From: Nematocida ausubeli
Lineage: Eukaryota
Assembly: GCF_000738915.1 (NCBI RefSeq)
Contig: NW_026515634.1
Location: forward strand, 847,156-911,155
Length of the DNA: 64,000 nucleotides
Direction: 5' to 3'
The position numbers and the translations under genes were made by a program. The notes below the pieces were generated by a model. That model was not told where the DNA came from and did no database searches. It saw only the letters and a list, made by a program, of their open reading frames with translations. This document shows, in pieces, positions 22,398 to 33,335 of the stretch. The stretch's first letter is position 1, and every line of letters starts with the position of its first letter.

Positions 22398-24011
22398 ATG
22401 ACAGAAACCAATAACTACATTCCGCCTAGCATGAACAGGCAGAAGGAGAATTTCTTGGAGTCCGAGGAAAACGGAGTCCGTACAAAGACAAAAGACAAAG
22501 TAACACCAATGTCCTCCTTTAAAGGCCAGCTTATTGCAAGCAAGATACTTGAAAATATGAAGGAGAACAAAATAACCACGCCCACTCTTGTACAGAGATA
22601 TGTTATGCCTCTGGCACTGCATGCAAGGGATCTTTTGATCTCTGCCCCAACCGGCATGGGGAAAACAATTTCCTTTTTGGTGCCTACGCTGAACTTCCTC
22701 TATTCAACGGTCGGCAACTTTGCCAAAAAAACTAAATCATTCTCTGGAGAGAGAAGGTTCCAGCGAGTCAAAAAGCCAACACTTGCACTTATACTTGTTC
22801 CCACTAGAGAACTTGCCATCCAGATATATAATGACAGTGTAGCCCTTATGAACGGACTTCCCATTACATGTGCCTGTGCCTACGGAGGAGTCCCAAAGAA
22901 GGAACAGATTCCCTCAATTATCAATGGAGTGGATCTTCTGATTGGAACACCTGGCAGAATCCAAGACTACCTTAACTATCCTGGTGACCTTTTAAATCTT
23001 TCAAACATACAGGTGCTTATATTTGACGAGGCTGATAGAATGCTGGACATGGGATTTGAGAAGCAGATTCGAGGAATACTTGCCAGGCTGGATCGTAACC
23101 AAAAGAGACAGACTATGATGTTCTCAGCCACATTCCCTCCTGTTGTAAGAAAACTAGCACAGGAGTTCTTCCAGCAGGCTCCAGAGGAGGTGCACATAGG
23201 GAACGGCCCAATAGAGAATATCATGCAGGAAATAATCCAGATCGAAGGACACAGCAAGAAGCACACAGAGAGAAACGAAAGACTCATGAAGATACTTTTG
23301 GAGTACGGGTACACACCAAGTGCAGCTGTAGAGCAGAAGGCGTTCTTTGCTCCCCGCAGTCCAGCAGCACTCATGCAGTGGGGAAATAAGACCAAGGAGC
23401 CCGTCAAAAAGAAAGAAAAGGAAAAAGAGACCAGCACCCAGAAGATCGTTATTTTTGTTGAAAAGAAGGAAGATTGCACAACTCTATCAGACTACTTGCA
23501 CTCCCGTGGGATCCTCTGCACAACTCTGCACGGGGACAAGAAGCAGGCGGAAAGAGAGTTTGCACTGTCTGACTTTAAGGACACAATGCCAATCCTCATT
23601 GCCACCTCAGTTGCAGCACGTGGCCTAGATGTCCCTGGAATTGTGCTCGTGGTTAATTACATGATGCCAGCTGATGTGAAGGAGTACATCCACAGAATTG
23701 GCAGAACAGGAAGGGCAGGGAAGACAGGCAGATCGATTACTTTCTTCACATGGGATGACCAGCCACAGGCAGCAAGCCTAATAGAAATACTGCAGAAGGC
23801 AAACCAAGAGGTGCCAAAGTTCCTCCAGGACATGGCACAAGCCAAGAGCTCAAAAGGAGGGCGAGGAGGAAAGTCTTTCTCTGGAGGCAGCTTCAACAAG
23901 AAAAAGGACGACAGCGGCCAGCACTTTACTGAGACCCAGGAAATAAAGAGGAAGGAGGCACCTGTTCTTAACGAAAAGATAGAAATTCAAAAGAATCTGT
24001 CCTGGGATTAA
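22398..24011 (+). CDS. DED1: DEAD-box RNA helicase, Ded1/DDX3-like
   Basis: PTLVQ, APTGMGKT, PTRELA, TPGR, DEADRMLDMGFE.QIR, RQTMMFSATFP, HRIGRTGRAG, ANQEVP. Confidence 0.8.
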   Translation: MTETNNYIPPSMNRQKENFLESEENGVRTKTKDKVTPMSSFKGQLIASKILENMKENKITTPTLVQRYVMPLALHARDLLISAPTGMGKTISFLVPTLNFLYSTVGNFAKKTKSFSGERRFQRVKKPTLALILVPTRELAIQIYNDSVALMNGLPITCACAYGGVPKKEQIPSIINGVDLLIGTPGRIQDYLNYPGDLLNLSNIQVLIFDEADRMLDMGFEKQIRGILARLDRNQKRQTMMFSATFPPVVRKLAQEFFQQAPEEVHIGNGPIENIMQEIIQIEGHSKKHTERNERLMKILLEYGYTPSAAVEQKAFFAPRSPAALMQWGNKTKEPVKKKEKEKETSTQKIVIFVEKKEDCTTLSDYLHSRGILCTTLHGDKKQAEREFALSDFKDTMPILIATSVAARGLDVPGIVLVVNYMMPADVKEYIHRIGRTGRAGKTGRSITFFTWDDQPQAASLIEILQKANQEVPKFLQDMAQAKSSKGGRGGKSFSGGSFNKKKDDSGQHFTETQEIKRKEAPVLNEKIEIQKNLSWD

Positions 24012-24356
24012 ATCTCATAAATAAATGCATGTCATGATCTATCCGAACTATCTATATATTAAATGCCCTGCATCCTGCTATTATTTCTGCACTCTCCAAG
24101 GGAATTCTACAAAAGATCTTTAGAAAGTACCCATATCCAGAATATAACAATAACCCGAATAACCCGAATTAGAATATAACCAGAATATTCAAAACGCATA
24201 TTATTTTATTCCCAGTATATTCTATTGTAATATAGTAGAAATGTTTTAATAGAAGTATAGTAGAAGTATTATGCATAGCATGGTTGTCATGAACCTGCTC
24301 AGATTTATGTAAACTCTGTTTTGTTAATATCTTTATTGATTTTGATTACTGTGCGT

Positions 24357-25568
24357 CTATTTCTTTAGGGAATGTGATCTTCCATTCTCCTGTGCAGATA
24401 CGACGGATATGTCTAAAGACTTTGACTGCTCCCATGGGAACTCGCTCCTTCCAAAATGTCCGAAGACAGAGGTTGCCCTGTAGATGGGTCTGTCCAGGTG
24501 CAGGGTCTTCACAATGTCACCCAGGCGCAGGGACCAGTTCTCCTTTACTACTGCAAGGATCTTCTGGTTTGTGAATGAAGAGGAGCCATATGTATCGATG
24601 TACAAGGAGATTGGGTCTCTTACACCAATTGCATATGACACCTGCACTAATACTCTTTTGCACAGGCCTGCATCAACAAGAGACTTAGCAATCCATCTGG
24701 CTGCGTATGCCCCAGTCCTGTCAACTTTGCTCCAGTCTTTTCCTGAGTATGCACCTCCTCCGTGGGCACCCCAGCCACCGTATGAGTCCACTACTAACTT
24801 ACGCCCAGTCAGGCCTGAGTCTGCCTTTGGCCCACCAACCACAAATTTACCGCTTGGTTGCAGCACGTACTTTGTGTTTACAAGCAGCTCTGGGGCAACG
24901 ACCTTTTTAATTAGATTTTCCACCAGGAATTCCCTAATGTACTCTGTCTCCACCTCTTCCTTGTGCTGTGTGGATATGACAATTGTGTCTACTCTTATTG
25001 GGACAAGCACGGATATTCCGTCCTTCTCGCTCTCTTCGTACTCCATGGTTACTTGTGTCTTGCTGTCTGGTCCCAGCCATGCAACTGTTTTTCTTAGAAC
25101 TGCCAGCTCCTTTCCAAGTGTATGTGCTAGTGATGCTGTTAGGGGCATTCTCTCTGGGGTTTCGTCTGTTGCGTATCCAAACATAATTCCCTGGTCTCCT
25201 GCTCCTAAGTCCCATCTATCCACATTTGTCTGCTCAAGGCCATTTGATATGTCCATGCTTTGCTTTGTGATGTGCGTGAGAATAGTGCATGCTTCTGGGT
25301 CTAGTCCCCACTCGTGCGTGTACCCTGCATCCCGCAGAACTTCTCTTGCTATTTCCTCAAAGTCAACCACTGCGCTTGTAGTGAGCTCACCAACCAGCAT
25401 GACCATGCCGGACTTAATGACTGCATCCACAGCCACTCTGGAGAATCTGTCCTGCTCAAGGCATGCATCCACAATTGAGTCACTTATTTGGTCGCATATT
25501 TTATCTGGGTGTCCTTTTCCCACAGACTCCGATGTAAATAGAAATCTTCTGCTTTGTTCCGTTGCCAT
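24357..25568 (-). CDS. SAM1: S-adenosylmethionine synthetase
   Basis: FTSESV..GHPDKICDQISD, GAGDQG, GLTGRK, GAHGGGA.SGKD.SKVDR, GHFGR. Confidence 0.98.
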   Translation of the reverse strand: MATEQSRRFLFTSESVGKGHPDKICDQISDSIVDACLEQDRFSRVAVDAVIKSGMVMLVGELTTSAVVDFEEIAREVLRDAGYTHEWGLDPEACTILTHITKQSMDISNGLEQTNVDRWDLGAGDQGIMFGYATDETPERMPLTASLAHTLGKELAVLRKTVAWLGPDSKTQVTMEYEESEKDGISVLVPIRVDTIVISTQHKEEVETEYIREFLVENLIKKVVAPELLVNTKYVLQPSGKFVVGGPKADSGLTGRKLVVDSYGGWGAHGGGAYSGKDWSKVDRTGAYAARWIAKSLVDAGLCKRVLVQVSYAIGVRDPISLYIDTYGSSSFTNQKILAVVKENWSLRLGDIVKTLHLDRPIYRATSVFGHFGRSEFPWEQSKSLDISVVSAQENGRSHSLKK

Positions 25569-26147
25569 TAAAATTTTTACAGCACAAAAAAATTAAATAC
25601 TACATCAGGCCAAATGAGAATGAGTTTTCCCATAACAGAACTCTGCTGCAAATATTATTCAAATCAATTTATTATGTGTCTTTAGTGATCTAGTATAACT
25701 AGAATGGGTGAAAATAAAATAAATTATTTTACAGGCAGACTAGTCCATACTGCCTGCCAGTCCCTCTGTCCTGCTACTGTGCAGTAAAGAGTGAAAATAT
25801 CACAGGACAACTTAACCAGGTCAACTTAACCAGAACTTAAATAATATTTATAGTCTATAATGCATTTCTGTGCTAGAGAGGAATATTTGCAGCACAAAGA
25901 GTCATGTATTTCTAGTTTTACCACAGTAATGCGTACTAAAGTATACTCTACTAGTTGATTCATAGGATATAAATGGACTATGCTATATTTAGACATATTT
26001 CATGTGTAACTGGTCTATCCAAATATATCAAGTGTGCCAAGTACCTAGTTGTCTTACTACATCAATCACTAATAACTACTTTTTCCATTATATTTGTTAT
26101 ATCCGTTATTTCTGCTATATTTATTATCTTTATTAATTGCTGCTGTT

Positions 26148-27641
26148 TTATGACCATATATTATATACTGGAATATTCTTGCCTTGTACTAGCATTTCCG
26201 CTGATTCTGCGGTTTCTTTATCGTAGGAGTCAGTCAGAAGGATGTACCCCAGCCTGCCTTGCACGTCTATCCCAGCCTCCTGGGAGACCATTTGGCATCC
26301 TAGGGGGTACTTTGAGCCAATGGGTGCATGGTATGCGCTTTGTATGACTTTTGTCTGCACCTCCTTCTCTGGCACATTCACTGCCTTGTTTAATATTTCG
26401 CATCTGCTGAGGTCATTTAGGTAGATGTACTTTCTGATTGTATCCCCAAGTACTCTGCTGTAATTAATCTTCTCGGTTTCATTGATTGTCTCAAGGATGT
26501 TAAGTGCAGGCAGGGAGTACTTTGTGTTCTCATTGTACGCCATCTTAAAGAAGATATATCCTATGTCTTTTACGATCTCCTCTGTGTAGTTCTTCTTAAG
26601 GGATGGAATTGTTCTCTGCCACTTTATGAACCGCAGCAGTCCCTTCAGAAGGGAAGATACAACTGCCAGGCCTGACTTAGACTTGACTGCTGGGTTATCC
26701 ACTTCCTCTGCCACTTTCTTGAGTATCTGCGAGAATCCCTTTATAAGAGGATATACGTATACGTGGTAATCTGCGTCTTCCTGCACCCATTCTGACTTAT
26801 TCAGGAGAAGGGCTAGGGTGACAAAGTACTTTACCTTCCTCATGTTCTTATGGGATAGAATTGTTTGGGTTATTTTGTCCCTTAGAATAGAGATTAGATT
26901 TATCTTTCTATTTCTTACTATGTATGTAAAGATGGCTGCTATTTCTTTATCTATCTGATGGTCTGCTGCATCCAATAGAATATCAATCATCTGACCACTC
27001 AGTGTATCTGCTTCAATCATACTCTTAATAAGAATTGCTATCTTTTCCTTCAAGAACGGAAATTCTAACTGTTTTGCAAGTGCTGCAACAAGTCTTTTTA
27101 TAAACCCAGAGTGCTCTATGAATTGGCAGAACTTATCTTCATCTATTTTCTCTTCCTCTTCTGTCTTTTTCTTGGTCTCTTTTATTTCCTCACTCTCTCC
27201 ATCAAGTTCTTTAATTTCTTCACTTATGCTATCAGATGAGTCTTCTTCTTCGTTTTCAGGTGTGTCTGATTTCTGCTTCTTGCACTGCAAGTAGTACTCT
27301 GCCACCTTCACTGCATGCGTAATTGCTAAATACGCCTTGTCTCCGCCTTCTGTATTCTCCAGTATGTGGATTAAGTCTTCCAGGGCCTTTCTGTTTTGTT
27401 CTTTTATTATGATGAGTGCCATGGCGGTCACTCTGTCTTTGAATGTTCCCTCAGTGAGGATGAACTCAGTCAGCTCTGAGTCTGTTCTGAATGTCTTGTT
27501 TACAACATTTCGGGTCAGCTTTGTTCTTGGCTTTTGTGTCTGCTGCTTCTCTCCTCTGTAGTACGTTGGTGCATTTCTATGGGGTTTTTCTTTTCCATGG
27601 AACGACTTCTTGTCTTTCCGGTGTCCTTTACTGTATGCCAT
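26148..27641 (-). CDS. MAK21: Mak21/Noc1 (CBF)-like ribosome biogenesis protein, reduced
   Basis: GTFKDRVTAMAL resembles Mak21 GT..DK..AL.L; helical repeat body. Confidence 0.6.
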   Translation of the reverse strand: MAYSKGHRKDKKSFHGKEKPHRNAPTYYRGEKQQTQKPRTKLTRNVVNKTFRTDSELTEFILTEGTFKDRVTAMALIIIKEQNRKALEDLIHILENTEGGDKAYLAITHAVKVAEYYLQCKKQKSDTPENEEEDSSDSISEEIKELDGESEEIKETKKKTEEEEKIDEDKFCQFIEHSGFIKRLVAALAKQLEFPFLKEKIAILIKSMIEADTLSGQMIDILLDAADHQIDKEIAAIFTYIVRNRKINLISILRDKITQTILSHKNMRKVKYFVTLALLLNKSEWVQEDADYHVYVYPLIKGFSQILKKVAEEVDNPAVKSKSGLAVVSSLLKGLLRFIKWQRTIPSLKKNYTEEIVKDIGYIFFKMAYNENTKYSLPALNILETINETEKINYSRVLGDTIRKYIYLNDLSRCEILNKAVNVPEKEVQTKVIQSAYHAPIGSKYPLGCQMVSQEAGIDVQGRLGYILLTDSYDKETAESAEMLVQGKNIPVYNIWS

Positions 27642-28260
27642 AATAAAATTTTACTGCAAAACAATTCATAAATAACCGACAGTATTCAACTGAAAAAGAT
27701 GTCCACAAAAGAGCATGCAACCACACTGCAGCCTTTCATGTACTTATTACTCTCTTAATTTATAGTCTATCAATATAAATACGCATTTTTATCTCTGTCT
27801 TTTCCAAGAAAGAAATATACTCTAAAAGGACAGAATGACTGGTCTATTTTGTAGCCAGATACGGGTTATATTTTACTATCTCATATGTACTCTACTATGC
27901 CCAGTAAATCATTGCCCATCCTGAGACCTTTTGCTTTCTAGGTCTATCCAAATAAAATCTCTAGAATATTCACTTTAACCCCGTAGTATAATAACTAAAA
28001 ATAACTTTAACATGAAAAGACAGCAAGAGTAGACTTTAAAAAGGAATAAATGCATTCAAATGAAGAATAAATGCTCTTTGCTTCTAAAATAGCATTTTTC
28101 ATTTGAGTTAGTACTTTTATAGCATAGTTGTATATTTGTAGCAGGCTTTTTCTTCTTGAAGTGTTAGTCTCACTCATACTAATTTAGATTTTATTTATTT
28201 CTTGCCGTCTATTTATAGGTCTTCGGGTTATATCAAAGTAATTCAATGGAAGTTTTCCAG

Positions 28261-28690
28261 AACCTAAGGATAACCCGAATATATGTGTTGGATGCCTTGA
28301 GGACATTGAATCTCTCCAGGTCAGAAAGTAGTTGATGACTGTCCTTGCCCTCCGGATCTTTGGCTATCAGGCATATCCAACTCTAAGTCTGCTAGTAGCT
28401 GTTACAGTGAACGTGTTTAGACAAGGAGGTATCCCTGCACGAGGGATCTATAAATAGAGAACGAGAAATAAATTTCAGTTAGAACGACAAAGTCTAATAT
28501 TTCGAGAAGCAAAAACCAAATATATGCCACTTAGAATCACTTTGATATAACCCAAAATAAACAAGTAGAGCGCCTGGTGATGTGTTGGCTTACAGCCAAA
28601 CCCTGAAAGACCACCAATATACATTGCTGACCCAGTGATTCCAATGTCCTCAGGTAAAGAAAACCAATAGCATTCGGGTTATATCAGGTT
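28261..28690 (+). other. About 430-bp imperfect fold-back element (structured ncRNA or MITE-like)
   Basis: Nested complementary blocks 28270-80/28672-82, 28298-308/28642-52, 28309-12/28637-40, 28319-24/28627-32, 28366-72/28572-78; internal hairpins 28431-47 and 28585-99. Confidence 0.6.
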
Positions 28691-29030
28691 ATGTTCGGGT
28701 TATATCTTATCTTTCATGCTATTATCCCATAGATATCCATATTTTATACTTTCTAAGTCACGCAAACCAAAAGAAATTGGGATTTTTACCACAATATATA
28801 ACACTTATTGCATATTCTATTATAATACTCAATATAGAACACACCAGCATGTTCTGACTAGAGCAGTATTTATCTATTCTATTTCTTATCTATCTTTTTC
28901 TTATTTTCCTGTGCCTGCATTTTTTAAAAATAAAAGCCTTCAGATTTCTCTTGGTACATGTTAATTTATATAGAATTGTATCATTTCATTTATTATTTTA
29001 CAAATAGAAAAGTAAACAAACATAATAAAA

Positions 29031-31169
29031 ATGCTCAGGACAGTCAAGGTGCCCCATAAAACAGTTCTTTTTGCACTTAGTGTTCTTCTTAGGACATACA
29101 ACATAGCAAACCCTAGCTCAGTTGTCTTTGATGAGAATCACTATGCAAAATTCATTCTAATGTACATAAAAGGAGAAACAGTAGTAGATGTACATCCACC
29201 CCTTGGAAGACTATTAGTCTATGGAATCACAAAGATCTATCTACGCCATATAAATGTACCAAATGAGTTTGATGAAGCATCTGTCTCCATAGGAAAGACA
29301 TATGCAAATACAATACTATCAAGTGCCTACATTATGCTTAGGACTGCTTCTGCAATTACTTCATGCATTTCTGTTGTTGCAGGGCATGAAATACTCACAG
29401 AACTCAACGTATCAAAAGGCAGTGCCCTTCTGTTCTCTACTCTTCTTCTATTTGATGGCTCTATGTTCAGTATATTCCGTCTATTCATGATAGACAGTTA
29501 TGTTCTAGCATCAATCAGTCTTATTCTCCTATCTCTCCTAAAAATGAACAGACAAAGGTATCTTCTACAACGCATCTACAGGTCACAAAAAGGTATCTTA
29601 CAAGAGATCAATATATCCCCAAAAGATCACCATTCTGCACTTACACCCATCCTCACTAACTCTATAAAAAATACCACACAGAAGCATATGAATACAAAAA
29701 AAGATGAAGAAAGGAAAAGAACCAGCCATACGGCAAACAAGTTACAGATTGCTTATATTCATGGAATAAAGTGGTCGGTCATTCTGGGCATATCCCTGGG
29801 AATTGGCTCTGCATTTAAGTGGGCAGTTCTTCCAATGGGTGCTCCAATTGCTCTATACCTTTTAACAGACTTAATCACAGCAAAAAAAAAGTCACTTTCG
29901 AAAAGGCGTCTGTTGCTTCCTGTTATACAAGGCACCATAATCCTTCTTATTTCCATAGTAATATACATAAGTACTTTTATCGTAAATTTCTCAGTCCAGA
30001 ACAGATCATCTGAAAAGACAATCCACTGGCACTCCTTCTCCTATAATGCATCCTTCATTAACTCCCCGTATATAGAATATGTTCATGATACTATACCACC
30101 AAACAAGCTTATTACCATAGCCATCCCAGAAATAAGCCATTTTCTCACTGTAAGCAACCAAACCTTCTCAATTAGCAGGGTACCCAGTGCAGAGCCAGAG
30201 TGGAAAATAATACCACAGAAAACAATGGAGTATGGTATGCCCGTGTACATACAGCACACCTCAGGGCTATATCTTAGCACAGATCCATCATTCCTTTCAT
30301 ATACGCCATCAGTTCTTTACATCTCAAAGTACAAGAAACACATCGCCATTAAATCACCCAGTGGTTCATATTTAAACCTGTCAGAGACGCAAAGTGCCAC
30401 ATGGTCACCCATCCTGCAGCCAGTAGTTCTACTGCAAAAGCGAACACCCACCCAGCAGACAGACAGCACCATCCATGGTACTCTAGCAGACACTAAAAGA
30501 ACCATTAGAAATATTCACCCCCATAGTAGTATAGAGTCAATTCAAAATAGCACAAAAAGCAGCCGTATATGCTCATCTACCATAGAGCCATCCTCTCTAA
30601 TAGAGAGAATTATTGAGTCAAACAAAGTAATGTACCTTTGCAACAAGACAGTAACAGGTTCACATGCATATAAATCACTCCCTGCTGCATGGTTATATAA
30701 GCAGAATATAATACACCTATGGAGTGGTTCTGTCTCTGAATTTACAGATCCGCTGAGTAGTCGGTCCATAGAAATATTTCTAGTGCAAAATCCAGTTCTG
30801 CTTATTTCTGCATCTATTGGTCTTGTAATTTATCTTATTCTTGTTCTTACAACAGAACTTCCCCAGGCACTTTCTCACTTTCTTGTGCTCACAGCCTATG
30901 TGTCAAACTACCTTCCATACTTCCTTATTGCAAGAGACAGATATATTCACCATTATATTCCATCCTATTACATTTCCATTCTTATCTTGGGAGGTCTTCT
31001 ATACAGATGCAATTACAGTGTGCTCCTGGTGTGTGCTGCTGCCATAATGCACTTGGTGCAACTTCCTATTCTGCAAGGAAGTTCTGCATATTTTGAGCAA
31101 TGCTGTCTCTCATTATACCTCAGCAATAGACTCTCTTCTTGTGCTGTATTTCCATCTATTCTTGAATAA
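29031..31169 (+). CDS. PMT: Dolichyl-phosphate-mannose:protein O-mannosyltransferase
   Basis: VVFDE.H..KF, DVHPPLGRLL, KW, H.Y.S.P..W, NYLPY...R..YIHHYIP; multiple TM segments. Confidence 0.93.
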   Translation: MLRTVKVPHKTVLFALSVLLRTYNIANPSSVVFDENHYAKFILMYIKGETVVDVHPPLGRLLVYGITKIYLRHINVPNEFDEASVSIGKTYANTILSSAYIMLRTASAITSCISVVAGHEILTELNVSKGSALLFSTLLLFDGSMFSIFRLFMIDSYVLASISLILLSLLKMNRQRYLLQRIYRSQKGILQEINISPKDHHSALTPILTNSIKNTTQKHMNTKKDEERKRTSHTANKLQIAYIHGIKWSVILGISLGIGSAFKWAVLPMGAPIALYLLTDLITAKKKSLSKRRLLLPVIQGTIILLISIVIYISTFIVNFSVQNRSSEKTIHWHSFSYNASFINSPYIEYVHDTIPPNKLITIAIPEISHFLTVSNQTFSISRVPSAEPEWKIIPQKTMEYGMPVYIQHTSGLYLSTDPSFLSYTPSVLYISKYKKHIAIKSPSGSYLNLSETQSATWSPILQPVVLLQKRTPTQQTDSTIHGTLADTKRTIRNIHPHSSIESIQNSTKSSRICSSTIEPSSLIERIIESNKVMYLCNKTVTGSHAYKSLPAAWLYKQNIIHLWSGSVSEFTDPLSSRSIEIFLVQNPVLLISASIGLVIYLILVLTTELPQALSHFLVLTAYVSNYLPYFLIARDRYIHHYIPSYYISILILGGLLYRCNYSVLLVCAAAIMHLVQLPILQGSSAYFEQCCLSLYLSNRLSSCAVFPSILE

Positions 31170-31224
31170 ATTTAGAATAAATCTTCTTATGAAATCTCAA
31201 TAAATTTATACTGGATAGGTAAGT

Positions 31225-31638
31225 ATGCAGCCCACAGCAGTCAGGAGCACAAGAACAAGGAATACAGCACACACATATGCTACCCTGATTGCTAGATCAA
31301 TTGAATCGTCAGCTCACGGGATGTGTACACTAGCAGAGGTACTTCAGTACGCGCAGATGCACTACCCAGGGATCTGTGCAGATAATTCAGCAAATTGGCA
31401 GAATTCAATTCGTCAGGTACTCAGTCGGGACACCAGATTCATAAAGCTAGCCAGAAGTGAGAGCAAAAGGGCCAGTGAGTGGATCTACTTTCCTCCACCA
31501 CCAGAACCAGCTGAAAAGCCCCTTTCTCACTTGCGCGAGATAAGGCGTGCACTAGCTCAAAAGGGCATCTACAAGGAGTTTGTATATAAAGAGGCCCAGG
31601 GCAGCACTGAAAAGGACGAGCACTCCTGGGGCCTGTAG
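31225..31638 (+). CDS. Minimal forkhead-domain transcription factor
   Basis: TYATLIARSIESS..G.CTL.EV..Y...YP...NWQNSIRQ.LS...RF.K...W. Confidence 0.9.
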   Translation: MQPTAVRSTRTRNTAHTYATLIARSIESSAHGMCTLAEVLQYAQMHYPGICADNSANWQNSIRQVLSRDTRFIKLARSESKRASEWIYFPPPPEPAEKPLSHLREIRRALAQKGIYKEFVYKEAQGSTEKDEHSWGL

Positions 31639-31858
31639 TGCACAAGAAGGTTTCTGGTTATATCAGGATATATGTGGGCACGGGAAGGCTGGTGCCAAAA
31701 AGAAGAAGCTTCTTTAAAGTTGTAGAGTAATAAATAGATAAAAATAACTGTAATAACTGTGTAACATGCGATACAAAACATTCATTATGGTATATTAGTA
31801 ACAATTAATAATGTAATATAGTGATTTGCTAAGTAATTTACTGTACTATGAATTACCT

Positions 31859-32248
31859 TTAGAGTTCCTGTTGGGAAACTGCCTTGGTTTTGTCACTCTT
31901 TGTTTTTGATTCGAGCTGGGATGATGGGCAGACTCCTCCCTCCTTGATGAGCCAGTTACGGCCGAGTGAGTAAAGCTCTTCATCCTTTCTTATTGCTATT
32001 GCAAGGTGTCTTGAGACAATCTTTCTCTTGTTTTCTTCATCGCAGATCATCTTGGATGCTTCGATTATTTCTCCAAGGGTGTACTCTGTGACTGACCCAA
32101 GGGCTACAATTGCCTTGTGAGAGACTCTCATCTTTGTCTTCTCTCTGATCATTCTGTGGAGCTGTGCTGTTTTAAATACTGGCTTGTTGTGGTTGCTTAT
32201 TTTCTTTGCTGATGCTGGGTCTTTCTTTCCTTTTCCTGTTCCTGCCAT
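31859..32248 (-). CDS. H2A: Histone H2A (divergent) with C-terminal SQ motif
   Basis: RVS.KA.V.L..V.EY...EI.E, I..RHL.IAIR.DEEL..L...I..GGV.P; ends SQQEL. Confidence 0.92.
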   Translation of the reverse strand: MAGTGKGKKDPASAKKISNHNKPVFKTAQLHRMIREKTKMRVSHKAIVALGSVTEYTLGEIIEASKMICDEENKRKIVSRHLAIAIRKDEELYSLGRNWLIKEGGVCPSSQLESKTKSDKTKAVSQQEL

Positions 32249-32293
32249 TTGCTATTTGCAGAAATATTTCTTATTTATAGTTTTAAATAAAAA

Positions 32294-32302
32294 GGCGGGA
32301 AA
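32294..32302 (-). promoter_or_regulatory. E2F-type site TTTCCCGCC about 45 bp upstream of H2A
   Basis: GGCGGGAAA on the + strand within an otherwise AT-rich promoter. Confidence 0.5.
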
Positions 32303-33335
32303 TATTCCCGGGTAAACTAGCTACAAATTGCATGGTAGAATGGATGGATGTCTTCTATACTGTGCATTCCACAGCACATCCATTATACGTGTTGTTCAAT
32401 GGGAGACTAAGACACATTTCCAGTATACGGAATAGGGCAATGTATTACTTTATAAATTAACAAAATGTTCTATGTTTATATTAGAGTATGTCTATAGGGA
32501 ATATATTGACTTAGTACTGGAATACCATATAAATATGAAGTTTCATTAAGAATAGATAGTTTTAGCTTGTACTTCGTCTTATAAGACTGGTTATACTTGA
32601 GATTGCAGTTTGGATAATTTTCAGGTTCTAGTTCATAGAGTTCTACTTCATAGAGTTCTAGTACTATTCGGGTTATATGGACTAGAATGGATTTAATTAT
32701 AGTTAGACTAAGAGTATTATAAACTAAGCATAAATTAGATCTAGCCATAATTCACTCGAATTAAACCCGAATAAGAATTCTTCCTTTAAATGGTCAATAT
32801 AACCCGAATAAACCTCAATAAACATCTACTATAACCACTGTATTGTGCTATATTTATGCTGTACTTTAATGTTAATTTCTAGTTTGTTTTCACACAGAAA
32901 TCCAAATATAACCCGAAACCCAATCAGCCTTTATATGAGTGCTAAGCAGAATATAGTTCTGCGTATGACTAGATGATTTCATACTATGCCTTTAATATCC
33001 AAAATAAAGAAGTTTATAGACTGAATAATTCTGTCATAGAATTACTTTATTTACAGTAGGAATATCCACCATGCAGTAATTTCAGCAATGTTAGACTGTC
33101 TCTATGAGAAACACGTCCAGATTTAGTTCTTTAAAGAAATCTGCTGAACTGCAGTCAAGAATGTCCTTAGAGAAGAATAAAAGTTTCTTACTACAAAAAT
33201 ATCCTTGGTATATATGGTATACTAGCTAGGATATCCTCTTCACTGTACCATTACCTTGAATACTTAGCAAAAGAGTAGGGTATTTATGGTTCTGGTTATG
33301 CTGCTGCTTTTCTCTGAGAGACTGAATATTCCCAT

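Noticed and set aside
22398..24011. RNA helicase as part of the TPT-HMG-helicase sex-related locus
   Set aside because: No HMG-box or triose-phosphate transporter gene is adjacent
24484..25596. 370-aa + strand ORF
   Set aside because: Antisense shadow of SAM synthetase with no independent motifs; the same applies to the many short antisense ORFs over other genes
28544..28560. GATATAACCCAAAATAA as a telomerase template
   Set aside because: The species' telomere repeat is unknown to me, the word is a variant of the dispersed motif, and the pseudoknot-like pairings lie 5' rather than 3' of it
28330..28632. TTGATGA...GAAA/CTGA as a hammerhead ribozyme or C/D snoRNA (U3)
   Set aside because: The required flanking stems and U3 boxes A/B could not be formed
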